Assembly: GCA_951406725.2 (NCBI GenBank)
Contig: OX597828.1
Location: 37,758,001 to 37,822,000 of the forward strand
Length of the DNA: 64,000 bases
Source: Octopus vulgaris
Lineage: Eukaryota
Direction of reading: 5' to 3'
Under the pieces are notes generated by a model that saw nothing but the letters and a program-made list of their open reading frames with translations, had not been told where the DNA came from and did no database searches. A program made the translations under genes and the position numbers. Below, in pieces: positions 27,456-42,300 of the stretch. Within the stretch, counting starts at the first letter, position 1, and each line of letters begins with the position of its first letter.

Positions 27456-27755
27456 AAAAACCTCTGAAATAATCGCATAAACAGCTAGCAATCCCCACCA
27501 CAACAACAACACGACGACTGCAAATATGTCCCCTTTGATCTGCATAGCCATTTAATGCCAATCATCTGAGGAAACATTGATTTACGAAATAGGAATAGAC
27601 ATACATGCAAAATATACACACACACACACATATATATATACACACATTTGTATGTTTACTTTATATGTGTTTATATGTAAATATGCATACATATATGCAA
27701 ATATCAAGCGTGAATATATATATATCTATAATAAGTATGTGTACGTATATATATA

Positions 27756-27801
<46 letters not shown>

Positions 27802-28039
27802 CACATATATCTATATCTATACACACACACATATATATTTATACATGCATAGATGTATATGAATGCATATATCGATATATGTATATAAATACACAGGAAA
27901 CATACATACGCATATATATACATAAGTGTGTGTGTGTGAAATATATATAAATACCATAGAGTATACATTTATATATAAATATATACATATACATATGTAT
28001 ATATATATAGTAACACACATTAATGTGTATATATCTATA

Positions 28040-28074
<35 letters not shown>

Positions 28075-28186
28075 GTATATATATATACGTATATATATAT
28101 ATGTATACGTATATATATATATATATATGTATACGCACATCTATATAAACATATATATATATATACATATGTATATATATATATAT

Positions 28187-28225
<39 letters not shown>

Positions 28226-28593
28226 TGTCTGTATATATGCATGTATGTATGTATGTATGTACGTGCGTAAGTATGTACGTATGTGTGTATATATATCATA
28301 GGCACATATTTCTACACGTAAATATGGAGACAGCAGCAATATAGTTTGATTTGATTTCTATGAAGTTGGGTTTAAAACATTGCTATGGTATTCAGTCCCG
28401 TGATTACTGACACTTTTGCTTTTATTATTGGTGATTAGTAAGACACAAACATGGGCGAAACTATTATTTTCGGAATAAATTGGATTGAGATAAAAATAAA
28501 TTGGCATTTTAGATTTAGATGTTATGTAAAATATGTTATTTGCCTTGCAGAAATGGTACTCGTTTAGTATTCACCCAAATTAAGTATTGATGT

Positions 28594-28658
<65 letters not shown>

Positions 28659-29084
28659 TATATATATACATATATATATGTATGTATGTATGTTGCTCTA
28701 ACTTTCTTTGCTCTTCGTGTCGTTCTTTTTCTCTGGATTTCATATTTTTACTTGCTTACTCATTTGTCTTTTTATTCCCCCTTTTTTGGGGGGTTTCGCA
28801 CATGCTTCTGTATACTCAGACATTATACACAAACTGTTATACACTTACATATTCTGCTCATACAGATAAATACACGCTGAGACACATACAGCGCACACGA
28901 ACAGACACACTAATACTACGCACAGTCAAGCGCATAGCGACTCTTACGCTCAGGTGTACATATATAAATACATTCACATTTACAATGGCGTATGAAACCG
29001 TACACGCTTACGCATATATAATTGCAAATATCTGCTTTTACGTTTGTTTTTACTTTCTTCTCATTAAATTCACTGCATACGTAT

Positions 29085-29500
29085 GCGAATGTTTCGTTAG
29101 GAAACTCATTTTGCGACCACCTGGTTATTGGTTCAAGTCTCTTTCGTAGAATCTTCGGCAAGTATCTTTACTATAACACCAGGCCAACCAATACCTTGTA
29201 AATGAATAATGAATTTGGTAGCCAGGAAATAAGTGGAGGGCCGTCATATGCATATGCTTACATTCTTTCATACATACAAACATACATACATACATATATA
29301 CATACATACATACATACATACATACATACGTACGTACATACAAACATACATACATATATACATACATACATATATACATACATACATACGTACATAAATA
29401 CATACATAATACATACATACATACATAATACATACATACATGCATGCATACATACATACATACATACATACATACATACATACATACATACATACATACA

Positions 29501-29533
<33 letters not shown>

Positions 29534-29980
29534 GAAAGATTGATTCTCTTGTCGAGAACGACAGAAAAAACTTCAGTAAAATAAAGATTTAATTATGTTC
29601 TATGGACACGAGTGTGTCCCTTGCGGCCTGCCAGTGCCTTCTAAAACTGTTGCTAAATGGGAAAAGTTCAGGACTCTGTTTGCTTGAGGGCTTGTGGATC
29701 ATTTACTATGTGTTTTTTAGAATGGAGGGCAAGGCCTGCTTTAGTTTCGTACCACAAAACCACAATGATAGCTAAGGTTTGTGTTAGTGAACACCTCACC
29801 GATTGGCAATCGGTGTTGGTTGTGTTCTCGTTTCCGTAATATAGCAGTTTGGCAAAAGAGCCGAGAATATGCACTAAAGTTTGAAAGTAAGTACAAGATT
29901 CGACTTGTTCGTCTTAACCCTCCCAGGCACTGCTCCAGCTGGTCCGCAGTTCAATGAGTAAAGCAGATAATGATAAAGAA
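29085..29980 (+). mobile_element. Old SINE family A: head (~29085-29245) and tail (~29790-29980) separated by (TACA)n and extra sequence
   Basis: Diverged CTTCGGCAAGTATCTTTACTATAAC..CCAATACCTTGT head; GGCAAAAGAG..GCTCCAGC..CCGCAGTTCAATGA tail. Confidence 0.55.
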
Positions 29981-30040
29981 TGAAAATATATATACACAGA
30001 TACCACACAGGATGCACGCAACGCAAATGTGTATCCAATC

Positions 30041-30260
30041 GGAGAGTATTAGAAGCATCGAAAAGAATGCTTAGCGGTATTTCGTCTGTCGCTACGTTCT
30101 GAGTTCAAATTCCGCCGAGGTCGACCTTACCCTTCATCCTATCGGGATCGATTAAATATGTACCAGTTACGCACTGGAGTCGATATAATCGACTTAATCC
30201 GTCTGTCTGTCCTTGTTCGTCTCCTCCGTGTTTAGCCCCTTGTGGGCAGTAAAGAAATAG
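30041..30260 (+). mobile_element. SINE family B (tail type 2)
   Basis: GCTTAGCGGTATTTCGTC...GAGTTCAAATTCCGCCGAGGTCGAC...TTTAGCCCCTTGTGGGCAGTAAAGAAA. Confidence 0.9.
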
Positions 30261-30804
30261 GTATTTCTTCGAACATTTTGCGCACTAAATTCAATTTGCA
30301 TTGAGGTTTGATCTTTTTGCCTCCTTTCGGGGTCTGTCAAAGAATACTAACTCAGTGCAGTGGTATGTTCCAGCCGTAAGAGAGTCGACTCGGTTAAATT
30401 GTAATGTTTGCTTCTGCTCTTTATGTTCTGAATTCAAATGCCACCAAGTCTTAAATGGATGTTAGACTTAATCTATCTCCATTAAAGTTACCCAAGCTAC
30501 AACTACGTAATTAAAGTGGAAACTATTATGGGACAAGCATCACAGGGAAATCCTCAGAGCCTCTCCAATGACCACTACCCAATAAAACTACTGGATGCAA
30601 GTGTAAAGCTGTACATACTCTCACATACGTATAGAGTCGCCTCAGTATAAACGTATAGTGTTCGTAGTAGTTTCTTTCATAGATTTATACATACTTATAT
30701 AAATAGTATTTGACATATTTTGTTAACAGAAATTCTACAAAGAGAACAGATAAAAAGATAATCATGAATATATATTTACACATTCACAGACACACAGATA
30801 CACA

Positions 30805-30863
<59 letters not shown>

Positions 30864-30876
30864 TCACACACATATA

Positions 30877-31240
30877 GGCGCAGGCGTGTGGCTGTGTGGT
30901 AAGACGCTTCCCAACCACATGGTTCCGGGATCAGTCTCACTGTGTGGCACCTTGGCCAAGTGTCTTCCACTATAGACGGAAACTGACAGAAGCCTGTCAT
31001 ATATGTGTGTGTATACATTTGTGTGTGTGCCTGTGTTTCTGTTTGTCATCCACCAATGCTTGACAAACAGTGGTGATGTGTGTACGCCTCCGTAACCTAG
31101 CGGCTCGGCAAAGGAGATCGATAGGATAAATACTAAGCCTCAAAGAATAAGCCCAACGGTCGACTTGTTCAATTAAGAGCCTTCAAGGTGTTGCCACAGC
31201 ATGACCGCAGTCAAATGACTGAAGCAAGTAAGAAATAAAA
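30877..31240 (+). mobile_element. SINE family A with internal deletion
   Basis: GGCGCAGGCG head; CTATAG|ACGGAAACTG junction lacks the middle block; normal tail. Confidence 0.9.
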
Positions 31241-31675
31241 AATATATATGTGTGTGTGTGCACGCGCATGTGTGTCTGTGTGTATGTTTACATACTTATG
31301 AATATTTATGCACCCACACGCGCTACCATGCACATATGTTTGCGCTCGGGTATATATATGTAAATATTATACAGATAATATCTATGTAAATGCATCATAC
31401 AGACACACATATCACTAGATAAATAGAAACAAAGAAATAGAAAAATATGCAAAAAATTTATAGATTTAGTAAGCTCTAGAGTATCGATGAAGGCATGGAA
31501 ACTATGGCATAGCTCTCTCTGTTTAAGCCACATTCGTTTTGAATTCAAACTACAAAGTACTTGATGAATGGGGTATGGTAGCACTATACTGAACTTGTCA
31601 TTCAACATGAATGGAAATTACGGAATTACGGTTACATATGCGTAGTAAATATATATGCAAGGGTTCGTATGTATT

Positions 31676-31721
<46 letters not shown>

Positions 31722-31744
31722 AAATGTATACTTTTCTCCTACAT

Positions 31745-32385
31745 TTTCTATTTTTTCGCTTACTTGCATTTGCACCTCCGCTCTTTGTCCTCTTCCTGCT
31801 TCTTTTGTTCTACTTCCTTTTTTTTTGTTGCTGGGGACACCTTGCCTTCATGTGTCCCCTTACTCCACAAAGAAAACATACCGGCGGTCTTCCTTCCACC
31901 ACTATCCTCAGCCTTGCTTCGTTCAGCAATCTCAGTTCCTCCGCAATATTTGGAGGTCTGGTAGGCTTATATGGACCCAAACCTCCAGTCCATATCGCCA
32001 TCAGTTCACCTGATATTTCTTGATATTTTTATTATCTCAGTGTCTTCTTCTGTGTTGAAGATGATGGCTGCCATCAGCCACGTCTCATCAATTTCTGGTG
32101 GAATTCTACCTATTCTTAGTCTGGCCGCACATTTGTCACAGTAAGTTGGTAGCCGCGCCCACTCTGCTGCTCTCAAAGGGACGGTGGAGTATTTCCTCGC
32201 TTCTTCTTCACTCACGAAGCGTACCTCCACTGTGCCGTATTTCCTTCCTCTTGTATAGAACGTCACTACTTTCTTAATATCTCGGAGGCATTCCTCAACC
32301 GTCTTCACCGCAGCTATTTCCACAGTATATTGGATACATATTATCCCTTAGTTGGTTGGATTCACAACCTCTAACTTTCTTGGAG

Positions 32386-32387
<2 letters not shown>
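31745..32387 (-). mobile_element. L1/Tx1-like LINE ORF1 (gag-like, CCHC zinc knuckle) fragment
   Basis: TRGRKYGTVEVRF...RLRIGRIPPEIDETWLMAAI... then VEGRPPVCFLCGVRGHMKARCP (Cx2Cx4Hx4C); frameshifted. Confidence 0.75.
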
Positions 32388-32448
<61 letters not shown>

Positions 32449-32780
32449 CATATATAATTATATACATATAATCACTTATGTTAATCTACATAGCAGGATT
32501 CAGTTCTCATAGTTACATAATTTTGTCTTACACTAGTATAGTTTGTATGAATATATGCGCATATGAAAATAAAACATATGCAATCAAGGTGTCATCTTAT
32601 GACAGCATTTAAAATATTTTCTTTTATATTTGCAAATATATCACACTTATTGGTATTCATGAAATATCTATGCTTTTGAGAGAAATATGTGTGACGTTGT
32701 TCTACTTTCAAGTAACACAGCTAACCTTTCAGTAGCATCATATCTAAATAGATGTGTGTGTGTGTTTATATGTATTTTTT

Positions 32781-33052
32781 TCTTTACTTGTTTCAGTCGA
32801 CTGTAGCCATGCTGGTGCACTGCCTTTAGTCGAGCAAATCGACCCCAGGACTTATTCTTTGTAAGACTAGTAATTATTCTATCGGTCTCTTTTGCCGAAC
32901 CGCTAAGTTACGGGTACGTAAACACACCAGCATTGGTTGCCAAGCGACGTTGGGGGGGGGACAAACACAGACACACAAACATACACACACACACAAACAC
33001 ACACACACACACAGACACACACACAAACACACACACACACTCACACACACAT

Positions 33053-33086
<34 letters not shown>

Positions 33087-33240
33087 GTATACGACGGGCT
33101 TTTTTCAGTTTCCATCTACCAAATCCACTCACAAGGCTTTGGTCGGCCCGAGGCTCTAGTAGAAGACACCTTCCCACAGTGAGACTGAACTCGGAACCAT
33201 GTGGTTCGTAAGCAAGCTACTTACCACACAGCCACTCCTG
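32781..33240 (-). mobile_element. SINE family A
   Basis: Near full length, internal (CA)n(TA)n. Confidence 0.9.
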
Positions 33241-33297
33241 TTAATGTTTAACATCTGAATTTGCAGTATATATTAATACGTGAGAGCATGAATTATA

Positions 33298-33679
33298 CAG
33301 GGTGTCCCAGAATTAACGACCCATTTCGGTTAAATCAGAAATATTTTTAAAAGACTCACTTTAATTAATGTTTATCATGCTTTATATATACTAAAAATGT
33401 ATAAAATTTTGTGTATACTTATTATACGCTTCATAATATTCTTTTTATAATTTTATTTTAATTCCTGTTGTTTCCTGCTTGTTTTGTATTTCGCTGCAAT
33501 CATCTTCTGTATCTCTATCCCGAGGACGAAGCAGTAGTTTAGCTGAACTGAAAGAACGCTTTTACTTAGCAGTGCAGGAGATAACTCCTAAAATGTTTGA
33601 AAATGTATTTCACAATACTAGACATAGATTTGGAATTTGTAGGGATATAGACGGAGCATGTGTTGAAAATGTTCAATAA
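33298..33679. mobile_element. Tc1/mariner remnants: TIR (TA|CAGGGTGTCCCAGAATTA) and transposase C-terminus
   Basis: Plus-strand LAELKERFYLAVQEITPKMFENVFHNTRHRFGICRDIDGACVE is a typical Tc1/mariner C-terminus; related TIR CAAGGTGTTCCAGAATTA at 34098. Confidence 0.65.
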
Positions 33680-34244
33680 GCTTCAATAATATATAATAAT
33701 ATAATGCCTCTCCTACTTTTTTAATTATTACAAATTTTCCTCTGAAGAAGGAGTCGGTTTCCAACAAAAATACAAGGCTCCATCTTTGAGATGGAGTTAA
33801 CACAGACAAATTCACATTTGGAACTTGAGAAAAGTCTTGCATATTTTTACTGTTCCACTTACAGATTGCACTTGTAATTTACGAATCAGCCGGTGAATCT
33901 CTCTCTCTAAAAATCCCAGGTTATCCAGATTTTCCTTTAACAAAATCTAGTCTTCCAATTATTATTGTATGTATGTAAGTATGTATGTATGTACCTATGT
34001 ATGTATGTATGTATGTATGTATGTATGTATGTATGTATGTATGTATGTATGTATGTATGTATGTATGTATAGCCACAAACAAACTCACATATATGCACAA
34101 GGTGTTCCAGAATTATCTATTTCAATGAAAACGTTTATGTTTATTACTTATTTATGATATCAAAACAAGCTGATTTCTAAATCTTACGTGAAAACCTTAT
34201 TGCAAATTTTCAACATAGATAGATAGTCTAGAAGATACACACAC

Positions 34245-34289
<45 letters not shown>

Positions 34290-34302
34290 CGCACAACAGG
34301 TT

Positions 34303-34354
<52 letters not shown>

Positions 34355-34363
34355 AGATGTGTG

Positions 34364-34403
<40 letters not shown>

Positions 34404-34548
34404 AATAGATAGATAGATAGAAAGAGATAGATAGATAGAGATAGAGAAATAGAGAGATAGAATGATATATATATAGATAGAAAGAGGTAGGTGGATAGAA
34501 AGAGAAAGATAGATAGAAAGAGATAGATAGAGATAGATAGATAGATAG

Positions 34549-34606
<58 letters not shown>

Positions 34607-35084
34607 GTAGCTAGATTGATAGATAGATCTTCATTTGAAGCTGGTATTTTACTCCACCCTTCGCCCCACTGACTTCCCTTCCAATGCTCCATTGATAATT
34701 TTCAATCTCGACAAAACAAGTTAACACTTTCAAAGTCAATAATATTTGTTATTGCTGTTGTCGCAATTATTATCGTTGCTGTTGCTGTTGTTGTTGCAGT
34801 TGTTCGTTGTTTACGCATGATCCCATCATTATCAGAATAAGCCTTGTACACTGACACTAATTCATTAGTTACAATATATAAATGATATTACAGAAGATGG
34901 CGTACAAAATACGTAATTTTAGAGAAACTAAACTGTGAGTCAATTACAGGTCTTTGCATGCTTACGTTATGTTTAACGTTGATTGCTATGGAACGACAAC
35001 ATAGACGTTGATTGGCGGGATCAAGGGCGCGGCCTGGTGGTGTCTATTCCACTATATTGGATTACATATATCTTCTATGCTATA

Positions 35085-35290
35085 TTTGTTTCAGTCAGTG
35101 GGCTGCGGCCATGCTGGGGTTATGCATTGAAGGGTGTTTTTTTTTTGCGAGTAAATTTACGCTTATACTTAAATTTTCTATTTTTAAGACATGCGCATAT
35201 TACGTATGTCTCGTTTAGCGAACTGCTAGATTACCGGGACGCAAATGTAACAACAGCGGTTGTACAGGCGGGGAGGGAAACAAAATACAC
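35085..35290 (-). mobile_element. Old SINE family A tail half
   Basis: TTGTTTCAGTCAG..GCTGCGGCCATGCTGG match. Confidence 0.6.
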
Positions 35291-36034
35291 ACACACTGAC
35301 ACATGCGCGCCACACACACACACACACACACACACACAGGCGCACAACAGGTTAAAAAAGAATTATGTATATACGCATGAAATTATGTATGTATATATGT
35401 ACATGTGTGTGTGTGTGTGCGTGTGTACGCCCGTGTGTATGTATGTATACATATATGTATGTATGTATGTACGTGTGCGTGTGTGCGTGTGTGCGTGCGT
35501 ATGTACGTGCGTGTGTGTATGTATGTATGTATGTATGTATGTATGTATGTATGTATGTTGTAGGTGTGTGCATGTGTACGTGTAGTTTCAATTGGAACCA
35601 CGTAACGCTTTGAAAAGCTTACTCATCCAGTGACGTTGATTAAGATGTCAAACTCTAAACTTTCATCACAGAGCAATCATCATACACAACGCAATACGTG
35701 TGAAAACCTAGGCACGTGAATGCTCATACGCATTGAAATATACGTGCATATATTATACACACACATACACTCACATAAACACACGCACACACACACACAC
35801 ACACACATACATACACACACACACACACACACACTCACACATACACACACACACTCACACACATACACACACTCACACATACACACACACACACATATAT
35901 ATATATATAGAGAGAGTGAGATAAGACAGCTTTGTGATTTTGTATATCGAGATATATATATATATACATATATATATGTATATATGCATATCTATCTATC
36001 TATATATATATATATATATCACATATATATGTTT

Positions 36035-36073
<39 letters not shown>

Positions 36074-36797
36074 GATACATATATATGTGTGTGTGTATAT
36101 GCATATATATATGTGTATAAGTATATGTACATATATATATGTAAAAATATATATATAGATATATATATATACATATATACATACACACATATATATATAT
36201 ACATATATATATATACATATATATATGTGTGTGTGTATATATATATATATACATACATACAAACACACGCATACATGTACACACTGACACATGCGCGCTT
36301 CCCATGCACAAACTAGTTCACAGGTTAGATTGATAGATCAATCAATGGATAGTAACAGAGTGAGAGAGATTATTGAAAGAGAGAAATAGTGGGAGGGAGA
36401 GGGAGGGAGAGAGAAAGAGAGAGTGAGTGAGGGAGAGAGAATGTGAAATATGTACTTGTTTATATATGTTGATATATGTTGTTTATATATGTTGACATAG
36501 GACATCTGCAGATGAGCAACGCCAGATACATGTTCTGAATGCGTCACGTTGGCTCGTTAAACGGAGGGACAAAAAATTGGGAAGCTCAATTTTGTTAACG
36601 AAGTATACATTATCTATAATTTCAATTAGTATTACACAAATCAGTATACTAAGAAAACATCAGTTTTGTTTTTGCTCATACATACATTCATACGTACGCA
36701 CGTACATACATAAACACACGCACACACACACACACACACACATACATACACACACACACACACACACACTCACACATACACACACACATCACATACA

Positions 36798-36833
<36 letters not shown>

Positions 36834-36865
36834 TATATACATATATGTATGTATGTATGTATATA

Positions 36866-36925
<60 letters not shown>

Positions 36926-37410
36926 TAAAGTTAACAGCAGAACTCGAAGCAATCCAACGAAGCTACACTAAGAAGATCGTCTCAATGCAACATAGCAGCT
37001 ACTGGGAAAGACTGAAAGTATTAAACCTCTTCCTCCTGGAGAGAAGGCGGGAGAGATATGCAGTGATATACATCTGGAGGGCCTTGTCCCAACTTTTGGC
37101 ATTGAACGTTACCCCATCAGCAGAACGGGGCACCACTGCATGGTGCCAAAGATCCCTTAATCACTATGAAAATACAGGACCAGATACTGCAACAGCTTTG
37201 GATTCAGGGGGCCACAGCTCTTCAATATCGTTCCTAAATGCCTGAGAGAACTGCATGGTGTGGATGTGAGTTTCTTTAAAACTAAACTCAATCTCTTCTC
37301 ATCAGGGGTTCCGGATGAACCTATCTATCGGCAAGAAACACAGATGCGGGCAGCGACAGCGAACTCCCTTGTTGACCAAATGCCACGTATCAGAGGTGGT
37401 TTCAAAGATC
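36926..37410 (+). mobile_element. CR1/L2-group LINE 3' end (post-RT C-terminal domain)
   Basis: [38 protein letters not shown]; after frameshifts [19 protein letters not shown]...[16 protein letters not shown]...[10 protein letters not shown]. Confidence 0.85.
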
Positions 37411-37486
37411 TTGTAGCAGAATATTATACGACTCAATGTCGGAAGAGTTGCGTCATAAATATCAATATCTGTTCTTCTAAGTGTTT

Positions 37487-37641
<155 letters not shown>

Positions 37642-37650
37642 AGCACGTGC

Positions 37651-37682
<32 letters not shown>

Positions 37683-37736
37683 GTAGATAGATATATAGAT
37701 AAATAGATATGTAGATAGATGGATATATATATATAT

Positions 37737-37817
<81 letters not shown>

Positions 37818-37921
37818 GTCAGCCTCTTAGCTTTTTCTTTCTTCTATTACTCTCTTTAAATCCACTTCATCAAACACTTATATATCGAAACCTACGGAAG
37901 CAACCATCATATCTATATGAT

Positions 37922-38335
37922 GGCGCAGGAGTGACTGTGTGGTAAGTAGCTTGTTTACCAACCACATGGTTCCGTTCAGTCCGGTTCCGGGTTCAGTCCA
38001 CTGCGTGGCACCTTGGGCAAGTGTCTTCTACTATAGTCTCAGGCCGACCAAAGCCTTGTGAGTGGATTTGGTAGATGGAAACTGAAAGAAGCCCATCGTA
38101 TATATGTATATATATGCGTGTGTGTGTCTGTGTTTGTCCCCCTAGCATTGCTTGACAACCGATGCTGGTGTGTTTATGTCCCCGTTAATTAGCGGTTCGG
38201 CAGAAGAGACCGATAGAATAAGTACTGGGCTTACAAAAGAATAAGTCCCGGTGTCGAGTTGCTCGATTAAAGGCGGTGCTCCAGCATGGCCGCAGGCAAA
38301 TGACTGAAACAAGCAAAAGAGAAAAGAGAAAGAGA
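37922..38335 (+). mobile_element. SINE family A, full length
   Basis: GGCGCAGGAGTGACTGTGTGG...GACTGAAACAAGCAAAAGAG; small duplication in the B-box region. Confidence 0.95.
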
Positions 38336-38392
<57 letters not shown>

Positions 38393-38585
38393 TCACTGTG
38401 TGTACATGTGAGTTTGTGCGTGTGAGTCTGTGTGTGTGAGTCTGTGTGTGTGAGTCTGTGTGTGTGTTATGTGTGTGTGTGAAGCAACGTTTCATGTATG
38501 TCTTATATATATATATATATATATAGGTAGATAGATATATAGATAAATAGATATGTAGATAGATGGATACCCTATATATATATAT

Positions 38586-38616
<31 letters not shown>

Positions 38617-39254
38617 CACCGATAGATAGACAGATAGATAGATAGCTTTAATGCAACTTCAGCATACTCTACTGGATTTATCTTGCTACTATTTGTCTTG
38701 CTAATCTACACATAAATCTATTACAGATATTCCGGGTAAATAGATGAAAAAAGACAAGTTCTGCGCATGAAACTTTAACAAATGCCTGTGTCCCGTTTTC
38801 TAGCACACAAAAGTCTCGATGTCTAAATAATAGTGCGATGGCTTTTCCCACCGATTCAGGAAACTCCTAAGTTGACATATTTTCTATGTGTAAAGAGTAA
38901 GATAAGCTTTGCATTCATGGAAGCGATTCATTATGACTTTCTCCATTACCTTAGAGATAATGAAAGGAATATGGATGATCGATGGTTTAGAGGGTCATAG
39001 TGGTTGCCTTTCACACTACCTTGCGTGTCTGAGATTGAGATCGATTTCATACACACACAGACAGACAGACACACACACACACACACACACACACGTACAC
39101 ACGCACTTATATGTGCATATATGTATGTCTCCGGAGGGAATGACTGAAGAGTTCGACGGAAATTGGGAGCATGTTTTGTGAGAATGGCGGTGGGGAGAAA
39201 TACAGAAGATGATCGACAGCACAATATGAATACACACACATACACACACACACG

Positions 39255-39304
<50 letters not shown>

Positions 39305-40377
39305 TATATATATATGTATGTATATGTAGGTATATATATATGTATATACACACGTATATATATATATATGTATGTATATATAGGCATATATATTATATAT
39401 ACATACATACATACAAGCATGCATACATACATACATACGTACATACATACATACATACATACATACATACATACATACATACATACACACATATACACAC
39501 ATACATACAGACACGCGCAGACAAGACAATAAGACAGCAAGGAGAGGCCGGCGGTTAAGCAAATAGAAAGATGCGAGTTATCAGATAAACCGATGAGACT
39601 ATATCTCACCGTTACAGAAATTACAGAAATTGCAAAAATGACGACACAATGAATGTGTAGTTAAAATGAACGAAATAAAAGTGTGTAAAGAAAGAAAATG
39701 GTTGAGACAGAATGACACACAGAGAGGAGAAGTAAACAGAAGACGTCAAAATTGACAGGAAAAGAGGTGAAGATGTCAGTTTATAGTGCCATGTATGTTA
39801 GCCTTTGGTCTTTTGCCTGAAAGTTATTATTGAACACCAATCGTTTCAAGAGATACACTTAACGATAAATCTTTATTCTATTTTGTTCCCTTTCGAAATT
39901 ACAATTCGTATCAATAAAAACTGAATGATCAAAAGGTTGTATCGATTTCGAAGTGCTGTGTTGTGTGTCTGAATTGTGTGTTCGAGTGTATGCATATAGT
40001 CATGTATGTCTCTGTGTGTTCGCATGTGTATTGGGATACACGAACTTTAGGTTTATGCGTACAGAGTGTTTTGTAATATAATCAAACCATATATTCTGTC
40101 GACGAATGGGGACGAGAATACTTACTACGTACAGAATATATGGTTTCTTTAAACTCAATTCTTTTTTCTAGATTGTAGTTTCATGCTACACTGCTAATGA
40201 TGGTTGTTACATGGAAGTCGCGTCACGAGGACTGAACACAGCTGAAACAAACTATGCAATCAGACACACATACACTCACACCCATACACACCCACCCACG
40301 TACACACATAGACATACACTCATATACAAATATTTGCGTGCATGTGTGTGAAGGACAGAGCGGTGCAGTGTTTGTGT

Positions 40378-40485
<108 letters not shown>

Positions 40486-41148
40486 TGGACGTTCACGAAC
40501 CGTTGGTCTGCGTTTCACGTCGGTGATCTTCGGGTACTTATTAATCTTCTTGTGGAGATCTGCAAAAAGAAGTGAGCCGCTATGTCGTCGGTAGGGATGC
40601 CAGAAATAAAAATCAATACCAAACCATCTAACTGAAAAGGAAATGATACAAGTGTATACTGCTGGATAATGTAATCCCTGATAACTACAGACATGCCTGT
40701 ATGCCTACATTCGTTGAACTAAAGACGGAAATAACGTGACTTGAACACCCATTATACAGTACATTAATACAGCCAATTAGAACCATTATACAGTTAAGCA
40801 ACAACGTCTACAACACCAACAACACAAAAACTTTAGTCACAGACAGACGAGACATTAAGAAAACAACGTAAACAAACAAGTTTTTCTTTATGTATTTTAC
40901 AAAATTATATATTTTATATATTTTATAATAATTATATTTTTTTAAATTTCTCTCCTTTAAAATAAAGTGCTTTTCCAATTCCAATAATGAATTTAATTTC
41001 CAGCTTATCTACTTAAAATATATTTGAATATTTACTAAGCAAACATTTAATATGTCTTCCAAGTTGCTGTTTGCGGCAATTTGTTTGTACATTATAATTT
41101 ATATTTACTGTTTGGTGAAGTTCCATTTAATATTTATATCAAATATAA

Positions 41149-41594
41149 GACGGTGAGCTGGAAAAAACGTTAGCACGCCGGGCGAAATGCTTAGCGATAT
41201 TTCGTCTGTCTTTATATTCTGAATTCTAATTCCGCCGAGGCCGACTTTGCCCTTCATCCTTTTGGGGTTGATAAATTAAGTACCCCTGGCGTACTGGGGT
41301 CAATCTAACTGACTGGCCCCCTCTCTCAAAATTTACGGCCTTGTACCTAGAGTAGAAAAAACTATTTATATCAAATATAAAGCGGTGACCTGGCAGAAAC
41401 GTTAGCACGCCGGGCGAAATGCTTAGCGATATTTCGTCTGTCTTTATATTCTGAATTCTAATTCCACCGAGGCCGACTTTGCCCTTCATCCTTTTGTGGG
41501 TCGATGAATTAAGTACCAGTTGCGTACTGGGGTCGATCTTATCGGCTGGCCCCTCCCCCAAAATTTTGGGTCTTGTATCTTGAGTAGAAAAGAA
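41149..41594 (+). mobile_element. Tandem pair of SINE family B (41149-41361, 41381-41594)
   Basis: Two full copies; 18-bp flank TATT(TA/CT)TATCAAATATAA present before, between and after. Confidence 0.95.
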
Positions 41595-41674
41595 TATTCT
41601 TATCAAATATAATCCGTGCTCAAGGCTTCTCAGTCAGCGTGAAAGAGTTGAATATTCATCTCTCAATAAAAGTA

Positions 41675-41880
41675 GTGGAGGAGCGTGGCTTAGTGGTTAC
41701 GTCATAAGATCGTAATTTCGATTCCTGTATCGGGTGATGCGTTGCGTCCATGAGCAAGACACCTCATTTCACTTTGCTCCAGTCCACTCAGCTGGCAAAA
41801 GTGAGTCATCCTGCGACAGACCAGCGTCCCGTCCAGGTGCGGAATATGTACACCTTATGAGTCTCTATGACTCGGAAAGG
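41675..41880 (+). mobile_element. SINE family C-related (V-domain-like) copy
   Basis: GGAGGAGCGTGGCTTAGTGGTTA head; TGAGCAAGACAC..CTCCAGTCCACTCAGCTG; TGCGACAGACCAGCGTCCCGTCCAGG. Confidence 0.7.
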
Positions 41881-42084
41881 AACTTCAAAAAATATATATA
41901 CAGAGACATACTTAGTCCCCTGCTCTGCAAGAAATAACTGCTAAATGTCCCTCAAATCACTTTATATAATCTTAAATAAAGATGTCTGAGAAGTTATAAA
42001 CATGACGAACCCCAAGAAGAACTGAGAGGTTTTCTTGCCTTTATATGCGTCCTTTTGGGTTGTCTAAAATTATATTATGTTCCA

Positions 42085-42300
42085 GGCAGTGAGCTGGTAG
42101 AATTCTTAGCACTCTGGAGAAAATGCTTAGCGGCATTTCGTCCGTCCTTACTATCTGAGTTCTAATTCCTCCGAGGCCCACTTTGACTTCCATCCTTTCG
42201 GGTTCCATAAAACAAGTACCAGCTGAGCACTGGGATCCATATTGATGACTTGCACGCTCCCTCAAATTTGCTGCCCTTGTGCCAAAATGTGACACCAATA
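42085..42300 (+). mobile_element. SINE family B, older copy
   Basis: GGCAGTGAGCTGGTAGAATTCTTAGCAC...CATCCTTTCGGG...CCTTGTGCCAAAAT. Confidence 0.85.

Noticed and set aside
27127-27561. His-rich/poly-Leu ORF
   Set aside because: (GAT)n and (AGT)n microsatellites read in frame
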